In this document: piece after piece, positions 28,130 to 40,371 of the stretch | Numbering within the stretch: position 1 is the stretch's first letter | Layout of the letters: the number at the start of each line of letters is the position of its first letter | Source: Octopus vulgaris | Lineage: Eukaryota | DNA length: 64,000 nucleotides | Direction: 5' to 3' | Assembly (NCBI GenBank): GCA_951406725.2 | Contig: OX597819.1 | Location: 67,208,001-67,272,000 of the forward strand | Notes under the pieces: model-generated | Seen by the model: only the letters and a program-made list of their open reading frames with translations | Databases searched by the model: none | Told to the model about the DNA's origin: nothing | Position numbers and translations under genes: made by a program

Positions 28130-28155
28130 GCATGTATATATGTTTGTGTGTGTGT

Positions 28156-28629
28156 GGAGGAGCCTGGCATAGAGGTTGGGGTATTAGACTCCATGATTGC
28201 AAGGTCGGGAGTTCAGTTCCCAGCGACGCGTTGTGTCATTGAGGAAGACATTTTATTTCGCATTGCCCTAGTTCACTCAACTGGCAAAAATGAATACCAC
28301 GTTTAATTCAAAATACTGTCACGCTTTGTATCACGCTCAGTCTATATATATATATATATATATATTTATAAAGGGTAATGAATGACGTTCGTGGAAAACT
28401 ATCAGTCGCCCATGCATACCCACAACCCACTCTCCACGCCGCCAATTTTGTCCAACAGAAAGAGAAAAGCAGATACAGCTTGGCACAAGTGACGTCGCAA
28501 CTCATTTCTAAAGCTGAGTGAATTGAAACAACGTGAAATTAAGTGTTTTGCTCAAGCCTGGTCCTAGAATTAAATTGACTGCCTAATAATTGTGAGCCTA
28601 AAGTTTAAGCACTGAGCCATGCGTCTTCA
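28156..28629. mobile_element. Two degenerate S2-like SINEs, tail to tail
   Basis: Plus head near 28156. Minus head cactgagccatgcgtcttc at 28610-28628, with a body matching 5040-5100. Confidence 0.6.
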
Positions 28630-28670
28630 CACACACACACAAATACACACACAAACACACACACACACAC

Positions 28671-28729
<59 letters not shown>

Positions 28730-29194
28730 TATATTATATCAGTGTGATTAAATCAGAGAATAAATACGAAAATGTAGACGATATTTTCTTGCTAAATATT
28801 ATAATTAATCATACATGTCAGATATAATCCACTGCCGAATGTGTTATTCCGGATCACAACATGATAAATCATATAAGAAGTAAGGACAGACCATTTGAGT
28901 ACATGCAACAACATAGTTCTTGAATTAATGTTGTTCTTGCAACGTTTACAAGGGTTTGAAGTGAAGGTTAACTTGGGAAAATGAAATTACTTAATATTAC
29001 TTTAGTGAGAGAATGGCATTACTAGTAACTTCCATCTGTCTATCAATCAATCAATCAATCAATCAATATATCAATTAATAAATCAATCGATTTATCTTCC
29101 CGTGTATGTATGTATCTATCTATCTACATACATGCATACCTACCAAACTACCTACATAACTACATATCTAGCTATCTACCTATCTATATATTCG

Positions 29195-29606
29195 TCAGTA
29201 GAAAGGCAAGTTTTGTCTAGCGAATATTTAAAAATGAAGATGGGTGAATGTAGCAAGGATGGCACGTATGAATGACGAAGCCACCTTGAGCATCATCCTA
29301 TCAACTCGGAAAAAATTAAAACAGAGTTACTTACTTGCAAAAAAACGCGTTAACATGTGACATTATTGACCGAGGATACCGTGGTCTTTTCCGTGGGTTT
29401 TTCTTTCCACGGATAAATCTTATCTGTTTCCCCCTTTACCCTGTACACTTTACATCATGACATTTCTCTGATACACGATCGCTATTGATCGTTTTTTTCT
29501 TTCTTTTTTTACGATCCCTTTTGATCGAAAACCTAGCCTCCTGTTATTTTTTTTCTTTGTAATTTGTCCCCTCTGTGTTCAGCCCTCTGTGGGTAATAAA
29601 GAAACA
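29195..29606 (+). mobile_element. 3' end of a non-LTR retrotransposon, probably L1/Tx1 group
   Basis: Frameshifted terminal peptide ERQVLSSEY..RWVNVARMARMNDEATLSIIL resembles the E..F..W C-terminus of L1/Tx1 ORF2. It is followed by a T-rich 3' UTR and aataaagaaa. The clade call comes from remembered motifs only. Confidence 0.5.
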
Positions 29607-29692
29607 TATATATCTCTATATTTATCTATCTATGAATCTATCTATCTAGCTGTATTTTTATCTATCTATGTATAAATCGGTATGTCTGTCTG

Positions 29693-29726
<34 letters not shown>

Positions 29727-30577
29727 ATTCTCTCTATATATATGTATATAAATATATATACACCGCTGTAAACCTTCTATAATTGTTTAATACCCACGCC
29801 TAAGCCGATCGCCGCCAGAAACGTTTGCGTGTGCCAGTTCGCGTATACTTTTGGTTTCGATTCCTAGATCAGCTCTGCTTTACGTTCTTGAGCGAAACAC
29901 TTGCTTTTTATATCGCTCTAGTTCACTCAGTTGTTAATGATTAACGCTACCTCATACTGTCTTTCCGTTCACTGGCGGATATTGGTCTGCTTTCCAAGCC
30001 AAAGGAATGGCATCATTCGAAAGTTACTACAACGGGAGGAAGCACTTTTTAACAAGCAATGTATAACGATGTGCTACGATTTAGTCGGTGTAGTAACACC
30101 CACACACACACACATACACACACACACGCATACACACACACACATACATACACACACACACCACACAAATATATGATAAAAGAGAAATGCAAAACTTTCA
30201 CAAATAGATAATAATTTAATTTCTTTCAATGGCTGTTTTATTAGAAATAAGCATCATTTATTTTATAATTGTTTAATAAGGATGCATAATTAATTCATAT
30301 AGATTAATTAAAAGCAATATTTATTCAAAATCATCAGGATCACTTCTGCTAATGACTGCCGTAAGTTGTTTGCTGGTTTAAATTCAAGACTTTTATTTAA
30401 ATTTGTCTTAATTATATAAAGATAATTACATATTTATAGAATCAATGATGTTTAATGATAGTGAAACAGATGTTGAGAGTAATCAAATTATTATATTTGT
30501 TTGAAAATTGAGCTATTTTTTTTTTGTTTATTCTAAACATATGCTCTTGAGGATCATTGTATCTGATTATATATTCT

Positions 30578-31312
30578 TTTTTTAATCTAAGCACAAGGCG
30601 CGAAATTTTTGCGGAGTGAGCCAGTCGATTAGATCGACCCCTGTACGCAACTGGTACTTAATTTACTGAACTCCGAAAGAAAGAAAGGCAAACTCGAACT
30701 TAGCGGAACTTGAACTGAGAACGTAAAGATAGACGAAATAACGCTAAGCATTTCTTCCGGCGTGCTAACGTCTCTGCCTGCTCACCGCTTTACTATATTC
30801 TTTTCTGCTCTATGCAAAAGGCCCGAATTTTTTAGGGAGGGGGCCAGTCGATAAGATCAACAGCCGTGGGCAACTGGTACTTAATTTATCGACCCCGAAA
30901 AGATGAAAGGCGAAGTCGACCTCGGCGGAATTTGAACTCAGAACGTAGCGGGAGACGAAACTCCTATTTCTTTACTACCCACAAGGGGCTAAACACAGAA
31001 GGGACAAACAAGGACAGACAAACGGATTAAGTCGATTATATCGACGCCAGTGCATAACTGGTACTTAATTTATCAACCACGAAAGGCTGAAAGGCAAAGT
31101 TGATCTCGGCGAAATTTGAACTCAGGATGTAACGGCAGACGAAATAGCGCTAAGCATGTCGCCTGGCGTGCTAAGGTTTCTTATTTCATTACTGCCCACA
31201 AGGGGCTACACACAGAGGGGACAAACAAGGACAGACAAACGGATTAAATCGATTATGTCGACCCCAGTGCGTAACTGATACTTAATTTATCGACCCCGAA
31301 AGGATGAAAGGT
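30578..31312 (-). mobile_element. Array of four S4 SINE units
   Basis: ctg(g/a)tacttaattta occurs at about 30651, 30874, 31058 and 31275. Two units carry the long tail. Confidence 0.9.
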
Positions 31313-32180
31313 ATTCTGCGTTATTTTGCATGTATGTATGTATTTATTTATGTATGTATGTACGAGTGTGTATGTATGCATGTATGCATGTATGTATGTA
31401 TGTATGTATGTATGTGTATGTATGTATGTATGTATGTATGTATGTATGTATGTATGTATGTATGTATGCACGCATGTATGTATGTATGTATGTATGTATG
31501 TATATATGTATGTATGTATAGTATACTATTCTGTTATGGTAATATAAGCAAAAAAATTAACCCATCCACTGACAGATAAATATATAGTACAAAGCATAGA
31601 GTTAAGATTTGTGAATAGTTTCTTGCTGTGAAGACCCGTGTCTAGGTTGGACATTTTTATAGCGTGCCTTGTGTCCTCAAGTAATCTCCAGGATTTGAGC
31701 ACAAGGTCTGTTGTGTTTGGAAATACGGACGCAGGAAGGTTATAAAGCACGAGATCAAAAAGTAATACATAAGAACGAGAAGATTCATGCAAGAAAAAAC
31801 CAGAAGTAAACGTAAACAAGAAAAGAAAGAAAAGTAGAGTTATGTTCTAATTGCTCGTAGAAATATTCTGCTACATCTAGTTTAATTATGGCTTCTACGA
31901 CAAAGGGAAGGTCTTGTGCACGTATGTGCTGGGTGTATGTATATTTCTCCAGGTTTGTTAAACTGCATGATTAATTCCTAGAATATAGGTTCCTAGCATA
32001 ATAGGGCCAAGCAGTCTACGCCTTACACTTAAAACATATACTGGAGACAATTTTAACGGCAAAAATATTTGAAGGCGTTGCGCAGAATGACTGCAATCCA
32101 ATGAAGTAAATACGTAAAAAATGAAAAGAAAAACTGTTCACACAAAGGATATATGCGCAAATGATATATATATACACAGA

Positions 32181-32270
<90 letters not shown>

Positions 32271-32448
32271 CATGTGCGTGCATATATGCATTGCTACGCG
32301 CAAGTACGTACAATATACATGCATAAGAGTAAATAAGTATCTACATAAATCTATGTCTAAATCTGTATGCATGGATGTATGTATATATGTATGTACAGAG
32401 AAATAGAGAAATAGTTACACATGTATTCATGTGTATTTGTGTATATGC

Positions 32449-32484
<36 letters not shown>

Positions 32485-32570
32485 ATATATGGTTGTATGA
32501 AAATGTACGCGAGCGTAAATATATTTATATGCATACGTATGCGTCCATATATATATGTGTAAATATATGC

Positions 32571-32643
<73 letters not shown>

Positions 32644-33387
32644 TGTGTGTATACTACATACATGTATACACACACACTCGCATGATATTTAATTAAGTTC
32701 GCTCTATGTGTGTATGGGACTGAAACGCAAAACACGACCGAACTTGTCCATCGAGAAAGAAATATATAAACAATATCATGAATCAAAACAAAACAAGACA
32801 ATTATATCTACTATGGTATTTGACGATGTTAAATTAATTACTTATCTTATTGTTAGCAGAAGCTGCTGACCGCACAGATAAGAGTTTTATGGACAGCTGA
32901 TCTTCTGTTGGGCGATATTTACATCTAAATATCTCTCCATATGTTTTGGTAGTAATTAGAACGCTCTGGGAGGTGAATGTGTTTCTTTAACTCTGGTAAT
33001 TGGTTTAGCAGTAACATTCACATCAGTGGAGCAAGAAGGACCATTTGTCCAAATGGATTCTGTTCTCATTGTTTCTATTCACTTCAGTTGTTAATAACAT
33101 TTAGGATCTGTGTGAATACAATCTACTTTCTGTTTAGCGTGTCCCACTGAGAGAAACTGCAACTCGCTTCTGTCTACTGAAACATTGTTTAAGTGTACAA
33201 ACCCTAACTTTATTTCACCACAACTAGTTTGGTCAAGAAGTGCGTGCGCGCGTGTGTGTGTCTCTGTGTGTGTATTGTGGTAAGATTACCATCATGTTTG
33301 GTTGACTGAGATTGTGACGCGTCACGAGTTTCTAGTTTTCTACACACAATGCCATGGATCTGAAGACGTCATGCGCATACTCAAACA

Positions 33388-33419
<32 letters not shown>

Positions 33420-33484
33420 ACATCTGTCTCTCTATTTATCTATCTATCTATATATATATACATTTTTTGATATATATATATATA

Positions 33485-33920
33485 TTTAAAGTTTCAGCTC
33501 AGAGCTGCGGCCATGCTGATGGACCGCCGTTTTCCGCTACACTGTTACTACTAGGGGCCTTCTTTAATATGTAGCCCTTGATGAAGAATGGAGTTTGATA
33601 GAGTTACACCCATTTGCACCTCTTGCCGTGAGGTAGGCTCAACTGGGACTCTCGACAGGAAGAGGTCCAGCTTTGATTAAAAGACCCCTGCATCTACTTT
33701 GTGCAAGTTCCTCAGACTCTTTGCGAGAATATTAAAAAGCTGTGGGCCCTTGAAACCCAGGCTGTTGCAGTAACTGGTCCTGAAGCGTGATGGCATTGCT
33801 GGGATCTTTGGCACCATGCAGTGTCGTCCCATTCTGGCATAGGTGTAGCTTTCAATGCCAAAATTTGGCACAGTTCCTTCCAGGATCTTCCAGATATATA
33901 TTACTGCATACCTCTCCCAT
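33485..33920 (-). mobile_element. 5'-truncated 3' end of a CR1/L2/Jockey-group LINE
   Basis: ORF 33677-33973 contains ERYAVIYIWKILEGTVPN..NSLGFKGPQLFNIL..LRN, typical of the C-terminus of these ORF2 proteins. It ends in the hairpin cagctctgagctg next to (TA)n. Confidence 0.8.
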
Positions 33921-33922
33921 AT

Positions 33923-36028
33923 CGAATGGGCCCCAACTATGCGAACCTGTTCGTTGGCTATGTTGAGGCCCAAATATTCTCTAATTTCACTGGTCCCACT
34001 CCTGAACTATATGGTCGTTATATTGACGACATTATCGGTGCCACCTCACTCTCCCGCGAACATCTAGATTCCTTCCTCTCTTTCGTCCAATCTTTCCATC
34101 CAGCCCTCCACTTCACTTCCACTATCTCCAACACCTCTGTCTCCTTCCTCGACATTTCGGTTAGCATTCTTCACTCCACTCTTACCACCTCCATTCACTA
34201 CAAACACACAGACTCACACTCATACCTCAACTTCTCTTCCTCCCACCCAGAACACACCAAGCTTTCCATCCCCTATTCCCAATTCCTCCGTCTACGTAGG
34301 CTCTGTAGTGACGACCATGACTTTGAGACTCAGTCTCAACGTATGGCTCACCACTTCACCCTACGTGGATACCCCCTCACCACTATCCACACCGCCCTTG
34401 CCAGAGCACGGTCCGTGGACCGTGTATCTGCTCTCTCTCCCCGAACCCGCCCTGTAGTCTCCCGCCTCCCTTTACCCCTCACTTACCACCCCACGACCCT
34501 ACGTCTCCAACGCACCATTCTTCGAGCTTTCCGTCATCTCCAGTCCGACCCGTCCACTTCACACCTCTTCCCTAACCGACCCCTCCCCTCTTTCAAACGA
34601 GCCCACAACCTTCGAGACCTTTTGGTCCATAGCTCCTTCCCTGACCCTACCTCCCAACCCGGCTCGTTCCCCTGCTCCCGCCCACGTTGCCGCACTTGCC
34701 CTTACCTCTCCAACACCACCCGCCTCACTAGCACCCACCATCGACCCTATCCCATCATCCACTCCTTCACCTGCACCTCCAGCAATATTATCTATTGCAT
34801 CTCTTGCTCTCTCTGCAATTCCTTGTATATCGGACAAACGGGACGCCGCTTGGCTGACCGGTTCGCGGAACACCTTCGTGACATCCACCTTGCGAACGAC
34901 ACACCGGTCTCACGCCATTTCCGCTCCACCGGTCACTCCTTGCAACACCTATCTGTGTTCGGTTTGTCCTTACACAGAGGCCATGCGGATTCCCGTTTGC
35001 GCCGTGAACAGGAATTAATCTTCTCTCTTCGCTCTTATACGCCATTTGGTCTCAACTCTCCCCCCTCCTCATCTAACCCCCCTCTCCCCCCTCCTCACCT
35101 ATCCTTTCTCCCCCGACCCCTACTTCTACAGTCCTTCATCCTTTCACCCCTACTCCCCTTCCCTTCTTCCCTCTTTCTCCCTCCCTCTTCCCCTTCCCTC
35201 TGCTCCCTCACTCCCTCTCTCCCTCTTTCCTCCTTCATCCCCCTCCTCCCCTTCCTTCTCCCCCATCCTCTCCTCTTCCCCCTTCTCCTCCCCCTCTTCT
35301 TCCCCTCGCCTTCTCTCCCCCTCCCCCTCTTCTCCTCACTACACCACATGACTTTACACATCACATCACATATGATGTGCCATACTAATACACACACCAA
35401 CTAATACATACTAATACGTACTAATACATACCAGTACATACTAATACTTACACCAACCCTATACATACACACGTCCAGACCCCGCATACGCACTTATACT
35501 CTCACACACACACACACACACCTATACCTACCAATACGTACTAATACATACTAATACATACTAATACATACACCAACCCCATACATACGCACGTCCAGAC
35601 CAATCTTACGCACTAATACTCTCTCATACACACACACACACACACACACCCTTATACATACTAATACATACACCAACCCTATACATACACAGATCCAGAC
35701 CCCTCCCACGCACTTTTAGCTGGTCCCTCAACCCTTTTATCAACCCTATTATCTCCCCTTATTTCGCTCTCGCGTCTCATGTTTGATCTTTGACCTCTGG
35801 CCGAAATCAGATCGCCATGTTGATTCGTTAGCTACTGCACGCATTTTTTTTCTCTCCTTCTTTCTGTGTTTTTCTCTCTCTGTGTATCTTTCTGTTGAAG
35901 AGCGTAGGCTCGAAACGTTAAAGACTTGTTTTATTTATATTTCCTGAGCGCCATACTAATACAATTGTTCGTTTGTTTTCCACCTGCCTTCGTCTTTTGT
36001 TTATTTTCATAAAGCTTCCCGTTATATA
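33923..36028 (+). mobile_element. 5'-truncated tandem copy (pseudo-LTR) of the Neptune-type PLE
   Basis: Almost identical to 38397-40510, with a few substitutions and indels in the C/T tract. Encodes the RT C-half and GIY-YIG. Confidence 0.95.
35887..35924 (+). ncRNA. Minimal hammerhead-like motif with a CUGUUGA (A6U) core
   Basis: tcttt-CTGTTGA-a-gagc-gtag-gctc-GAA-ACGT-T-aaaga. Stems I and II are perfect and stem III is palindromic. Confidence 0.7.
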
Positions 36029-36641
36029 TTATGCGCTCACGTGGTCTCACTTTCATCCTATATTCTACCAATACCACTATCAACACTTACCTCTACCTTG
36101 GATTTTCTTTACCTCTTGGATACTTACCATTGGCTGCACCTCTCTTTCGCGGATCAAAGTGACTTTGCATTGATGTGAAATCCTTAAAAAATATACCACG
36201 ACGTCTACACATTTCTCACCTTGAACTTTCAACCTTGAACTTGTGTGCATAAACTGTCCCGTTTGTTGTATTTTTATTTTCTCTTATATTACCACTTTTT
36301 TTACATTCATTTCATGCTTCCCACATTTTCCTGAATTTTTGTTCTCCTTTCCGTCTTTCTTCCCTCTCTGGATGTCCTTTCTCCGTTTCCTCTGCCTGCA
36401 CCCCCCTTTTTTTTGCCTCCCCCTCTCTCTGCTTCCCTTCTTTCTTTCCCTTTTCCGTTTGCCCCGTCTTTTCTGCCCCTATCGCTTACTTATCTAGTTT
36501 TTTCATACGATTATTATTTTTTTGTTTTTTTGAACGTTTGTTTTTTCCCCTTTTTTCGCTATCCCCTTTTTTTCTATTTTTTTCATACGATAATTTTTGT
36601 TTTTTTTGTTTTTTCGAACGTTTTTTTTCCGCTATCCCATC

Positions 36642-39600
36642 ATGCCGGATCCTAGGTCCTACCTCCTCACCCTCCATCACCGTTTGAAGGATCATCTACG
36701 TTCGCTTCCTGTATATTGCCTTCAGCCGTCCGTTAATCTCTCTCTACTTCTTTTTAAAAAAACCCGCTTTTCTAGCCATGTCTCTTTCCTAAGCCGCTGC
36801 CTACATCACCGACTCATCCCTAAAGGTTTCCGCCTCCACTTCCACCCTGCTCTCCACTCGGATTCTTCCATCTTACCCATACTCCGCACCACATCTTACC
36901 GCCTTATGCGGGCCACCATTCGCTCCAATCTCTCCAAACTACATGCCATCAACCGCCTTCTTCCTCCTGCTTTCTCCACCTTCTTCTCCTCTCTGCCGCC
37001 TCTCTATGCTCCAAACACGCTACGCTTCATTATCCATTTGAATCAACTCTTCCATCAATTTCTTTCTGATACCAAACTTCGTAAACTCCAATCACTCTTC
37101 CATTCCACCCTACCCGACGCCACTACCCCAACTCCTCCACCACCCTTCTCCCCTCCCGATAGGCTCCATCCACCCACACCTAACCCCACTGCCCCTCCCT
37201 ACAACCCCTTCTCCCCTCCCGTTAGGCTCCATCCACCTACACCTAACCCTACTGCCCCGCCCAACCACCCCCCACACACCTCCCCAATCCCTCTCCCTCA
37301 GACCTCCACGAGACCTACCACCCCTCCTACTTCTATTCCACCCACCCCTTCTCCACTTCCGTCTGTTGTTACCATTCCCCCCGATCTTCCCCTCTCTGCG
37401 GCTGAACGCTCCGTCCTTGGTAGGGGTCTGCGTTTCATCCCCCTCACTCCATCCTGTAAGGAATTCCAGACGCGAGTTGATGTCCACAGCTTTGTGCGCC
37501 GTGTCCGGTTGGGTGCGCATTACCACGACTCGCCACCCACACCCAACGAAGAGGACGACTGCTTCACTGGCCTGGGCCGCCGACCATCCCCGTGGACGCC
37601 TGCACCTGGCCAGATCCTAGCAGTGGATCTTTTCGCGGGCGCTTGTCAGCGTGCATTGGAGCGGTTCAACTTCTCCAGGCGCCAACGCCGCCTCAACATC
37701 TCCCCGGCTGAGCTCTTGGCTCTTCGTTCCCTCCAACGGCGCGCTGACATTATCATCAAACCGGCTGACAAGGGTGGAGCTGTAGTGGTGTGGCGCGCGG
37801 ACCTCTATAGGGCCGAGGCTTTCCGCCAACTCAATGACACCTCCTTCTATTCCCCTCTGCCCTCTAACCCCACACGTAGCTACCAACAGACGGTATCCTC
37901 TACTGTCCAAGACCTCATCTCGTCCTCCCGTCTCCCCCGCACCGCATCCAACCTAATTGTGCGAACCCCACGTACCCCCACCATTTACTTCCTCCCCAAA
38001 ATCCACAAACCCAACAACCCTGGCCGCCCCATCGTCTCCGCCTGTAACTGCCCCACGGAGCTCATCTCTAAATACCTCGACCGTGTCCTTGCCCCCCTAG
38101 TGGCATCTCTTCCCTCCCACATCCACGATACCAACCATGCTCTCCGGCTTTTCAACTCTTTCTCCTTTCCTCCCGGCTCCTCCAAAATCCTTTTTACTAT
38201 GGACATCCAAAGCCTCTATACTGTTATCTCTCACCACGAAGGACTGCAGGCCCTTCGACACTTTCTTGACCTCCGCTCTAACCCTGTACCTGACACCTCC
38301 ACTCTCATTCGTCTGGCCGAACTTGTCCTTACTCTGAACTGCTTCTCGTTCGCGGGCGAGTTCTACCATCAGGTCTCGGGAGTGGCCATGGGAACGCGAA
38401 TGGGCCCCAACTATGCGAACCTGTTCGTTGGCTATGTTGAGGCCCAAATATTCTCTAATTTCACTGGTCCCACTCCTGAACTATATGGTCGTTATATTGA
38501 CGACATTATCGGTGCCACCTCACTCTCCCGCGAACATCTAGATTCCTTCCTCTCTTTCGTCCAATCTTTCCATCCAGCTCTCCACTTCACTTCCACTATC
38601 TCCAACACCTCTGTCTCCTTCCTCGACATTTCGGTTAGCATTCTTCACTCCACTCTTACCACCTCCATTCACTACAAACACACAGACTCACACTCATACC
38701 TCAACTTCTCTTCCTCCCACCCAGAACACACCAAGCTTTCCATCCCCTATTCCCAATTCCTCCGTCTACGTAGGCTCTGTAGTGACGACCATGACTTTGA
38801 GACTCAGTCTCAACGTATGGCTCACCACTTCACCCTACGTGGATACCCCCTCACCACTATCCACACCGCCCTTGCCAGAGCACGGTCCGTGGACCGTGTA
38901 TCTGCTCTCTCTCCCCGAACCCGCCCTGTAGTCTCCCGCCTCCCTTTTCCCCTCACTTACCACCCCACGACCCTACGTCTCCAACGCACCATTCTTCGAG
39001 ATTTCCGTCATCTCCAGTCCGACCCGTCCACTTCACACCTCTTCCCTAACCGACCCCTCCCCTCTTTCAAACGAGCCCACAACCTTCGAGACCTTTTGGT
39101 CCATAGCTCCTTCCCTGACCCTACCTCCCAACCCGGCTCGTTCCCCTGCTCCCGCCCACGTTGCCGCACTTGCCCTTACCTCTCCAACACCACCCGCCTC
39201 ACTAGCACCCACCATCGACCCTATCCCATCATCCACTCCTTCACCTGCACCTCCAGCAATATTATCTATTGCATCTCTTGCTCTCTCTGCAATTCCTTGT
39301 ATATCGGACAAACGGGACGCCGCTTGGCTGACCGGTTCGCGGAACACCTTCGTGACATCCACCTTGCGAACGACACACCGGTCTCACGCCATTTCCGCTC
39401 CACCGGTCACTCCTTGCAACACCTATCTGTGTTCGGTTTGTCCTTACACAGAGGCCATGCGGATTCCCGTTTGCGCCGTGAACAGGAATTAATCTTCTCT
39501 CTTCGCTCTTATACGCCATTTGGTCTCAACTCTCCCCCCTCCTCATCTAACCCCCTCTCCCCCCTCCTCACCTATCCTTTCTCCCCCCGACCCCTACTTC

Positions 39601-39872
39601 TACAGTCCTTCATCCTTTCACCCCTACTCCCCTTCCCTTCTTCCCTCTTTCTCCCTCCCTCTTCCCCTTCCCTCTGCTCCCTCACTCCCTCTCTCCCTCT
39701 TTCCTCCTTCATCCCCCTCCTCCCCTTCCTTCTCCCCCATCCTCTCCTCTTCCCCTTCTCCTCCCCCTCTTCTTCCCCTCGCCTTCTCTCCCCCTCTTCT
39801 CCCCCTCCCCCTCTTCTCCTCACTACACCACATGACTTTACACATCACATCACATATGATGTGCCATACTAA
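36642..39872 (+). CDS. PLE polyprotein: reverse transcriptase plus C-terminal GIY-YIG endonuclease
   Basis: Uninterrupted frame with first ATG at 36642. Motifs are KPADKG, YFLPKIHK, PGRPIVS, MDIQSLYT, GVAMG..MGPNYANLF, RYIDD, FLD, the Cys linker CSRPRCRTC (Neptune hallmark), IIYCISCSLC..LYIGQT, RFAEH and GLN. Confidence 0.93.
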   Translation: MPDPRSYLLTLHHRLKDHLRSLPVYCLQPSVNLSLLLFKKTRFSSHVSFLSRCLHHRLIPKGFRLHFHPALHSDSSILPILRTTSYRLMRATIRSNLSKLHAINRLLPPAFSTFFSSLPPLYAPNTLRFIIHLNQLFHQFLSDTKLRKLQSLFHSTLPDATTPTPPPPFSPPDRLHPPTPNPTAPPYNPFSPPVRLHPPTPNPTAPPNHPPHTSPIPLPQTSTRPTTPPTSIPPTPSPLPSVVTIPPDLPLSAAERSVLGRGLRFIPLTPSCKEFQTRVDVHSFVRRVRLGAHYHDSPPTPNEEDDCFTGLGRRPSPWTPAPGQILAVDLFAGACQRALERFNFSRRQRRLNISPAELLALRSLQRRADIIIKPADKGGAVVVWRADLYRAEAFRQLNDTSFYSPLPSNPTRSYQQTVSSTVQDLISSSRLPRTASNLIVRTPRTPTIYFLPKIHKPNNPGRPIVSACNCPTELISKYLDRVLAPLVASLPSHIHDTNHALRLFNSFSFPPGSSKILFTMDIQSLYTVISHHEGLQALRHFLDLRSNPVPDTSTLIRLAELVLTLNCFSFAGEFYHQVSGVAMGTRMGPNYANLFVGYVEAQIFSNFTGPTPELYGRYIDDIIGATSLSREHLDSFLSFVQSFHPALHFTSTISNTSVSFLDISVSILHSTLTTSIHYKHTDSHSYLNFSSSHPEHTKLSIPYSQFLRLRRLCSDDHDFETQSQRMAHHFTLRGYPLTTIHTALARARSVDRVSALSPRTRPVVSRLPFPLTYHPTTLRLQRTILRDFRHLQSDPSTSHLFPNRPLPSFKRAHNLRDLLVHSSFPDPTSQPGSFPCSRPRCRTCPYLSNTTRLTSTHHRPYPIIHSFTCTSSNIIYCISCSLCNSLYIGQTGRRLADRFAEHLRDIHLANDTPVSRHFRSTGHSLQHLSVFGLSLHRGHADSRLRREQELIFSLRSYTPFGLNSPPSSSNPLSPLLTYPFSPRPLLLQSFILSPLLPFPSSLFLPPSSPSLCSLTPSLPLSSFIPLLPFLLPHPLLFPFSSPSSSPRLLSPSSPPPPLLLTTPHDFTHHITYDVPY

Positions 39873-40371
39873 TACACACACCAACTAATACATACTAATA
39901 CGTACTAATACATACCAGTACATACTAATACTTACACCAACCCTATACATACACACGTCCAGACCCCGCATACGCACTTATACTCTCACACACACACACA
40001 CACACCCTATACCTACCAATACGTACTAATACATACTAATACATACTAATACATACACCAACCCCATACATACGCACGTCCAGACCAATCTTACGCACTA
40101 ATACTCTCTCATACACACACACACACACACACACCCTTATACATACTAATACATACACCAACCCTATACATACACAGATCCAGACCCCTCCCACGCACTT
40201 TTAGCTGGTCCCTCAACCCTTTTATCAACCCTATTATCTCCCCTTATTTCGCTCTCGCGTCTCATGTTTGATCTTTGACCTCTGGCCGAAATCAGATCGC
40301 CATGTTGATTCGTTAGCTACTGCACGCATTTTTTTTCTCTCCTTCTTTCTGTGTTTTTCTCTCTCTGTGTA

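Noticed and set aside
30578-31312. CRISPR-like appearance of regularly spaced conserved motifs (also 52768-53870)
   Set aside because: The units are whole SINE bodies with homologous intervening sequence, in eukaryotic DNA with no cas genes.
32970-33025. gtgaatgt/acattcac hairpin as a pre-miRNA
   Set aside because: Only 8 bp pair well, the rest is mismatched, and I recognise no known mature miRNA.
33821-33922. N-terminus of the 527 aa ORF as a genuine protein start
   Set aside because: It is read from the antisense strand of the LINE fragment. PLE homology starts only at 33923.
34559-39884. Minus-strand and alternate-frame ORFs overlapping the PLE
   Set aside because: They are shadow frames of a C-rich coding strand with no motifs.
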